DNA of 39,038 nt. Source: a virus. Lineage: Duplodnaviria; Caudoviricetes. The notes under the pieces are model-generated. The model had not been told where the DNA came from and searched no databases. It was given only the letters and a program-made list of their open reading frames with translations. This document shows, piece by piece, positions 33,541-39,038 of this stretch. The stretch spans positions 1 through 39,038 of the IMG/VR virus record IMGVR_UViG_3300043039_000071, one strand, 5' to 3'. Made by a program: the position numbers and the translations under genes. Numbering within the stretch: the first letter of the stretch is position 1; every line of letters starts with the position of its first letter.

Positions 33541-35457
33541 TTAGCTTGATATGGCTCTGTTTCTAGCTACTTCAAAAGTGCCAGCCATGAACTCAGTAGT
33601 TAAGGCGCCCTCGTTATCTGTCACCGTCCCAACAGAGTCAGCAACTGGTGCGCTTACATATATAGCCTGACCATTACAGGTATTTGAGGTTAGTGTAAGA
33701 TTTTTAGAGTTGCTGGCATTGATTGCCTTCCCTCCCGCTTTAATCACTCCAGTGGCAAACCTATTGTCACTAATTGTTAGCCGTCTATTCCTGTCAGCTT
33801 GCACGCCGAAGTTCCAAGATGCCGAAGTTCCAAATACTTTATTTTCACGCACCACAACGCCCGCTGTTTCAGCGTATGGTGAAGCATCGCCGCTACCAAT
33901 CTGAACAGCGGTTTGCTGCTGCGAACCTACGGAGTATGTGTTGAATGTGACTCCAACTATATCTATTGCTTCCATATCTGAGGCTTTTGACACGCTCGCA
34001 CCGACAAAGGCATAGTCACCAGATCGGTGAGCTATATAGCCTCCACGCAGCATGTGTCCATTGCCGCCAGCGTAAACCCATCCAGTATCCTGTATGAAAT
34101 CGAAGTCATTGTTTTCGCTCGCAATAGCTAAACCAAGAGATGCCATCCCAATACGGTGTTGAACAAAGCCACTGTTCATTATCTTAACGTTTTCAGGGAC
34201 GCGAGTTAATCCGTCAGAGTAATCGCTTCTTGATGACATGTGGACGCCGCAGTTTTGCCCTTTGTAATTCCTTGCAAAGTCGTTGTTATTTCCAGTTAAG
34301 TTGTCTACCGTACACTGTACAACTGAGCCTCTTATTTTGATAGGGTTGCTTACAAAGCTATAACCACAGTCTCGTATCGTCAACCTAAATGTGTCAGTCA
34401 AGTCCCACCCACAAGCAAACTCACCTCCACCGCCAATTTCAATGCCGCTGAAATGATAACCCGATGTGTAAGCTAATACCCCTCCAGTTCCGCTTCCATC
34501 AAAAAGGAAGGCGCAACCACTGGCGCTCATTGTTCCAGCCGTTGAATAGACGTTGAAATCTTTAAACTTTTTAACACTTCGTCCTGATGATGTTGGAAAC
34601 TTAATAAAATAGTCTGTCATTATGCAGTCAAAGGTTGTAGCGTTACCGTCACCTCTCATAGTGAAACCCTCTGATGACATTTGTATGCCGTATGTAACCC
34701 TGTAACTGCCGCTTGGCGCGTATGCTGGCACGCCCAATGTTGCGGCTCTTTGTAAGTGAGGTGATGATGTTTCTGGGTCTGTAGTTGCGCCACGAATGGC
34801 TCCTATGTGAACAATGTTAATCTCTCCCACATACTCATGTAGTGCAGATTTTCCCCCTCCAGCATCTAATACATCCATACCATTAACTGACTCGGGCCAA
34901 CCAACACCCACCACTTTAAATGGTGCGTTATCTCTATCTGTGAGCGCTAATAAGTCACCGCTAGAGAATACCCCTGTCGCAACCTCCGCAACAGTAGTTT
35001 TTCTGCGGTAAATAGAATCGTGACCACCAACAACATTCAAACCTGATAATGTGTTATGCGTCAAATCGCTAGGCTCAGTTAATCCGCTCAGTGCTTGCAG
35101 GCTTGTTGCTGCAAACGCCTGCCAATCAGCGCTAATTGTCGGATCAATTCCAGCGGAAACAATAATCGGCGCAGAACCAGCACCAACATACTTATACAAA
35201 AACCCATCAGTAGGAGAATTTGACACTAGCAAATTTAAACTGTCAAGAGTTCCGCCAACCGCAAAAGTAAAAGGCGCAACACCAAATCCAAACTTATCAA
35301 TTGCCTGTGATAGCGTTAATAATTCTTTGCCAGTATAAGTCGTGACTGTCGTGTCAGTATTCAGCACATTATTAAACGAAACGGCATTATCATAAATAAC
35401 ACATGGATCTGCCGCTGATGCTGTTGGTGATGGTCGCGGATCTTTATAATCAGCCAT
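33541..35457 (-). CDS. tailspike / depolymerase (parallel beta-helix)
   Basis: N-terminal particle-attachment region (FTFAVGGTL...YKY.G), PSGSYRV pectate-lyase-like entry, Asn/Gly-rich beta-helix repeats. Last gene of the tail module. Confidence 0.8.
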   Translation of the reverse strand: MADYKDPRPSPTASAADPCVIYDNAVSFNNVLNTDTTVTTYTGKELLTLSQAIDKFGFGVAPFTFAVGGTLDSLNLLVSNSPTDGFLYKYVGAGSAPIIVSAGIDPTISADWQAFAATSLQALSGLTEPSDLTHNTLSGLNVVGGHDSIYRRKTTVAEVATGVFSSGDLLALTDRDNAPFKVVGVGWPESVNGMDVLDAGGGKSALHEYVGEINIVHIGAIRGATTDPETSSPHLQRAATLGVPAYAPSGSYRVTYGIQMSSEGFTMRGDGNATTFDCIMTDYFIKFPTSSGRSVKKFKDFNVYSTAGTMSASGCAFLFDGSGTGGVLAYTSGYHFSGIEIGGGGEFACGWDLTDTFRLTIRDCGYSFVSNPIKIRGSVVQCTVDNLTGNNNDFARNYKGQNCGVHMSSRSDYSDGLTRVPENVKIMNSGFVQHRIGMASLGLAIASENNDFDFIQDTGWVYAGGNGHMLRGGYIAHRSGDYAFVGASVSKASDMEAIDIVGVTFNTYSVGSQQQTAVQIGSGDASPYAETAGVVVRENKVFGTSASWNFGVQADRNRRLTISDNRFATGVIKAGGKAINASNSKNLTLTSNTCNGQAIYVSAPVADSVGTVTDNEGALTTEFMAGTFEVARNRAISS

Positions 35458-35460
35458 TGT

Positions 35461-37935
35461 TTAATCTTCCTCGAAAAGTTTATTGTTATATTCTGTTAGT
35501 GAAATTGTGACTAAACCGTCACCGCTGCTTGATACTGATTTTAGCGTGTAATCTGTGCCAATTAGTTCATCATCTGGAGCAATTACGTATTTAGAGCCTA
35601 ATTCAAAATCACCATCGTTGGCAGTATAAGCACCGCTTAACGCTGTGGATTTAAAGCCTTTAGTAGTATAACTTAATGCTGTGCAAGTAACTAGGCCGCT
35701 AATAGTGCCGTCTTGTTTGGTTGTCTGCACATAATAAGTCTTGCCAGCTTCAAAATTAATCGGCTCACTCGTTAAATATTCATCACCAAAAACGTCTAGT
35801 ATCTCGCCACCAAAAACATCTTGATCGTTCATGTCGCACCAGCGAACACGATCACCTATTCTAGCAGTTAGGCCGAAATAATATGTTTGAAACTCGACTG
35901 TATTACGCTGGTACAGTAAACGCCTAATTTCGTAGTCGGCGCGGTTGTTTGCTTGCGCTTCACTTTGACACCCAACAAGTGTTATTTCTTCGGGATATAA
36001 ACCTTCATCCGTATCAACAATAACGCCATCTTGTAAGCGCCTGTATATCGTTCTCTCAACGTTATCAGGCACAGTGACATAAGTTAGCGATATAGAATCT
36101 TTATTGCTTGGCAGCCACTGTGGAAACGTCTGCGTTGAATTTCCGATTGTGTTACGACGGTTAAATAACATTGAGTGTGACACTTTAGCCTCAACGCGAT
36201 TAAACGACCAAAACTGGTAATTCTGGTAGGCCAGTGTTCTAGCAACGCTGCATATAACGGTTAACCTTTCACGTAGTCCAACGTTTGCATCATCAAATGT
36301 AAAATCAAATGATCTAAGGTTTGATGGCAATGAATCATTGATTGCGTATAAATCTTCTAGATCAACCGTTGATGCAGGTCTATTAGCTTTTTTAACTAAT
36401 GTATACGCAACTGCGTCAGCAAAATCACGAGTAGCAACATTAGTTAACTCTAGATTACCAGTTCCACGGTTATAGTTTGGCAATTTACGAGTTAAATCAA
36501 CGTTAATCTTTGACTGGCTACCGCCAACAATACGATCGCTTGCTTTACGTTCTACCCATAACAAGGTTACATCACCATAATTAGGCGTACCTTGATATTC
36601 AACGCCAACTAATTGCTCAAACGTTGCCTTTTCTGATGCGCTTCCGCCTGACAAATCGCTTGAGTTTCGCGCTCTACCTTGATATCTGCCAATTGGTAAA
36701 CCAGTAAACTTTAACGTCCTAAATTGAGCATCAAGAGTGTTACCTGTGATGGTTACTGAATCGGTAGCCGTATAGCCTCCAACAACTGGCACACCAAATT
36801 CATCAACCTCACGTATTTCACCGCGCAATGTTACCGACCACTCACCGCCGCCATCTTTCCTAATACCCGTAGGCATAGTGAAATGAAACCATACCTCGCT
36901 AACTACATCACCTGACACGCCAAACCAACCAATAAAGTTATCGACTTCACCGCTTGCGTCAGCCCTAGCAACTTCAAACGCTGTGACCGCGCCAACGGTA
37001 GTATTAACGTTTAAGCCAGTTGGAAGCCACAATCTACTAGCTGTTTTTAGTGTTATCTGCCAAGTGCCGTTTAATAGTGTTGTGCTTGGATTTGTACCAA
37101 GCTTCTCGGTAACTTTAATATTAATAAAGTCGCCAACCTCAAGCGCTAGACTTGTTATTAATTCAGCACCAACATCAACATCAGTAGTCCCACCGCTAGA
37201 CGTTACAGCGTCATCAGCGCTAGAGGACGATGTTTCAGCTATCGAGCTATCATCTTTAGCTGTTAACGTTTGATTTGTCACCTCGTTAGTTTCACGCGCC
37301 GTTATGCGCTGAGATTGTGGAGGTATGCCGTCAACAGCCGTGTCGTAAATTGTATATAGTGAGCTAGGGATATCATCAATTAATGTCTCACCAGTTCTGA
37401 CAGCAGTTATATCGTAGCTACCAACTCCAATACAAAATAACTCACGTTGAATCTTGAGGTTATTTTCATAAAAATAATGTGAAGGCTGAATAAAATCAGG
37501 GTAAGAAATAGGCGAGCCAAATACTTCTGGTATTGCCTGACCTGGTCTAAATTCATTTGTTGCCGCATTTAACTGGCTGTTTGGTGATGTACCTGCAGCG
37601 TCTGCTGTTCCAGGTATATCTGGTGCAAGCAATATCACGGCTGTAATTGCGATAAGCGCGATAACGGCGTAAGCTACAACCTCCCACCCCGGTCTATTAA
37701 CTATCATAAACCTGTCATCATGCGCTATCTCAACATCAATCAAATCATTTATGCATTCAGAATCAACCGTTGATGCTAGCAGCTCCCCATTCAAATAAAT
37801 GTCAGTCTCAAGCCCACCAAAATCAGGCGTGAATGTTTTTGCTAGAAACTCGCCAAAGTTATCGCCTGTATTTGGGTAGTAAACTTCTTTGTCAGTAATA
37901 TTTGACGGGTCTTTAAATCTAACAATGATGGGCAT
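35461..37935 (-). CDS. tail tip / central tail protein (J-like, host specificity)
   Basis: 824 aa, N..RPGQAIPEVFG....YPD motif, follows the NlpC/P60 gene. Confidence 0.85.
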   Translation of the reverse strand: MPIIVRFKDPSNITDKEVYYPNTGDNFGEFLAKTFTPDFGGLETDIYLNGELLASTVDSECINDLIDVEIAHDDRFMIVNRPGWEVVAYAVIALIAITAVILLAPDIPGTADAAGTSPNSQLNAATNEFRPGQAIPEVFGSPISYPDFIQPSHYFYENNLKIQRELFCIGVGSYDITAVRTGETLIDDIPSSLYTIYDTAVDGIPPQSQRITARETNEVTNQTLTAKDDSSIAETSSSSADDAVTSSGGTTDVDVGAELITSLALEVGDFINIKVTEKLGTNPSTTLLNGTWQITLKTASRLWLPTGLNVNTTVGAVTAFEVARADASGEVDNFIGWFGVSGDVVSEVWFHFTMPTGIRKDGGGEWSVTLRGEIREVDEFGVPVVGGYTATDSVTITGNTLDAQFRTLKFTGLPIGRYQGRARNSSDLSGGSASEKATFEQLVGVEYQGTPNYGDVTLLWVERKASDRIVGGSQSKINVDLTRKLPNYNRGTGNLELTNVATRDFADAVAYTLVKKANRPASTVDLEDLYAINDSLPSNLRSFDFTFDDANVGLRERLTVICSVARTLAYQNYQFWSFNRVEAKVSHSMLFNRRNTIGNSTQTFPQWLPSNKDSISLTYVTVPDNVERTIYRRLQDGVIVDTDEGLYPEEITLVGCQSEAQANNRADYEIRRLLYQRNTVEFQTYYFGLTARIGDRVRWCDMNDQDVFGGEILDVFGDEYLTSEPINFEAGKTYYVQTTKQDGTISGLVTCTALSYTTKGFKSTALSGAYTANDGDFELGSKYVIAPDDELIGTDYTLKSVSSSGDGLVTISLTEYNNKLFEED

Positions 37936-38338
37936 AGCGTCTAAACTCCACTTTATTCTTATATAATCGTTTAAGTAAGCTTATTCTATCAAATTTTACT
38001 TGCTCTGTACGACCTGAACCGTTACCCCATGCGTGAAGCACCGAACCATAAAAAACCCTGCCTACATGTTGAAAGTTCCCATCAGCATCAAACATTAACA
38101 TTATGTCACCATGAACGCCTGTCGATATCTCAGTGTTATAGTTTTTAATTCCCTCGCTTCCAGCCTCAGAAGTTTCTGCTAATTCATCATCGTAAAGGTT
38201 AATTGTTGGTAATGTAATGCCGTCAATTTCTTTGAATGATGCAATAACCAAGCCCCAGCAATCATATGATTCAGGGCCGCAAGCACGATTAACCCATGGC
38301 TTACCGATCGTCTTATTGATAAAATCTTTGGCCATCAT
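37919..38338 (-). CDS. tail assembly protein, NlpC/P60 (lambda K-like)
   Basis: IGKPW...GP..YDCWGLV...HVG...VLHA. Confidence 0.85.
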   Translation of the reverse strand: MMAKDFINKTIGKPWVNRACGPESYDCWGLVIASFKEIDGITLPTINLYDDELAETSEAGSEGIKNYNTEISTGVHGDIMLMFDADGNFQHVGRVFYGSVLHAWGNGSGRTEQVKFDRISLLKRLYKNKVEFRRYAHHC

Positions 38339-38844
38339 ATAATCACCCTTAGACCTGGGAAATTTTGCGACAAGTAACGAGTTGCCACGCTAATAGATGC
38401 AGGATTGTCATCACTTGCAGTTATAGCAACCGAATCGCCCTCGATTGTTATAGCGCCGATCCATGAATTGAATATACTTGGCACGTTATCAACATACTCA
38501 CGGTAAACGAATTCAGCAGGCGTCGTATTGGGGTTTATTATTGAGTAATCGCGGATTGATTTTAATTCCTGTTTTATTAATGTTCCAATACGCCCTAGCT
38601 GCACCGTCATTGATGCAACACCATCTTCGCTAACGCTTGGCGGCTGAACTGTAAAATTACCAGCAGTAAACGTTACAGTTAACCCTGCGTCACGGCTTGC
38701 ACCAGCTTCAATAGTAAACTGCTTATCAATAAATTGTTTATTGACGTAGCGGATAGTGCCTATTGCTGGATGATATATTTCGATTGTTTCATAGCGGATC
38801 TTTCGCTCACGAGTTTCAAAGAATTGATTCATTATGTAGGCCAT
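38335..38844 (-). CDS. tail tip protein (DUF1833-like)
   Basis: YETIEIYHP and terminal Y...NFPGL motifs. Confidence 0.75.
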   Translation of the reverse strand: MAYIMNQFFETRERKIRYETIEIYHPAIGTIRYVNKQFIDKQFTIEAGASRDAGLTVTFTAGNFTVQPPSVSEDGVASMTVQLGRIGTLIKQELKSIRDYSIINPNTTPAEFVYREYVDNVPSIFNSWIGAITIEGDSVAITASDDNPASISVATRYLSQNFPGLRVII

Positions 38845-39038
38845 CCAATATTAAACGCATCATCAAAGCACTGAGCTGCTTTGGCAAATGTCGTATTACA
38901 GTTTTTATTCATGATGATATAGATCGCACCTTCTGGGCATTCTTTATCTTTGCTTACTATATCACGAGACATAATTTTAGCTGAATAACTGAATGCGTCG
39001 CCATCATGCCCTGTTGCTTGCGGGTAATCTAAAAATCT
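38832..39038 (-). CDS. C-terminus of probable distal tail protein (truncated at window edge)
   Basis: Open frame RFLDYPQ...FSYSAKIMSR...NIGWPT* upstream of the DUF1833-like gene. Confidence 0.55.
   Translation of the reverse strand, partial: RFLDYPQATGHDGDAFSYSAKIMSRDIVSKDKECPEGAIYIIMNKNCNTTFAKAAQCFDDAFNIGWPT

Noticed and set aside
33710-38984. Plus-strand ORFs within the tail module
   Set aside because: Antisense shadows of tailspike and tail-tip genes.
1-39038. Complete DGR, retron, integrase or transposase
   Set aside because: No ORF with RT (YxDD context), tyrosine/serine recombinase or DDE motifs was recognised in the window.

Overview
About 39 kb of a tailed dsDNA phage genome, siphovirus-like and probably infecting a Gammaproteobacterium (inferred from gene content and sigma70/IHF-type signals). 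Both ends are truncated inside virion genes, and the tail tube and tape measure genes are not in the window. Minus-strand structural genes are head fibre/decoration, major capsid, protease/scaffold, minor head, portal, terminase, tail tip and tailspike. They are interleaved with blocks of small early genes, a lysis cassette and a T1-like replication/recombination set (primase, DUF3987-type ATPase, SF2 helicase, VRR-NUC, RecE-like exonuclease, SSB). No integrase, CRISPR array or reverse transcriptase is visible. The most striking unexplained element is a roughly 880-nt, apparently non-coding transcription unit (7383-8302, minus strand) with its own promoter and terminator. It is packed with hairpins, a repeated stem cassette and two tRNA-like RNAs whose anticodon arms are non-canonical. 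It converges on a candidate counter-defence block (Lar-like, orphan HigA, DNA methyltransferase). Other points of interest: an Mtd/CLec-type protein missed by the ORF track, two related origin-like AT-rich regions, a five-copy palindromic promoter motif, an 18-bp-repeat-flanked peptidase-like gene inside the lysis cassette, an amber-interrupted MT-A70 gene and an endolysin remnant behind the tailspike. All family assignments come from motif recognition by eye, not database searches.
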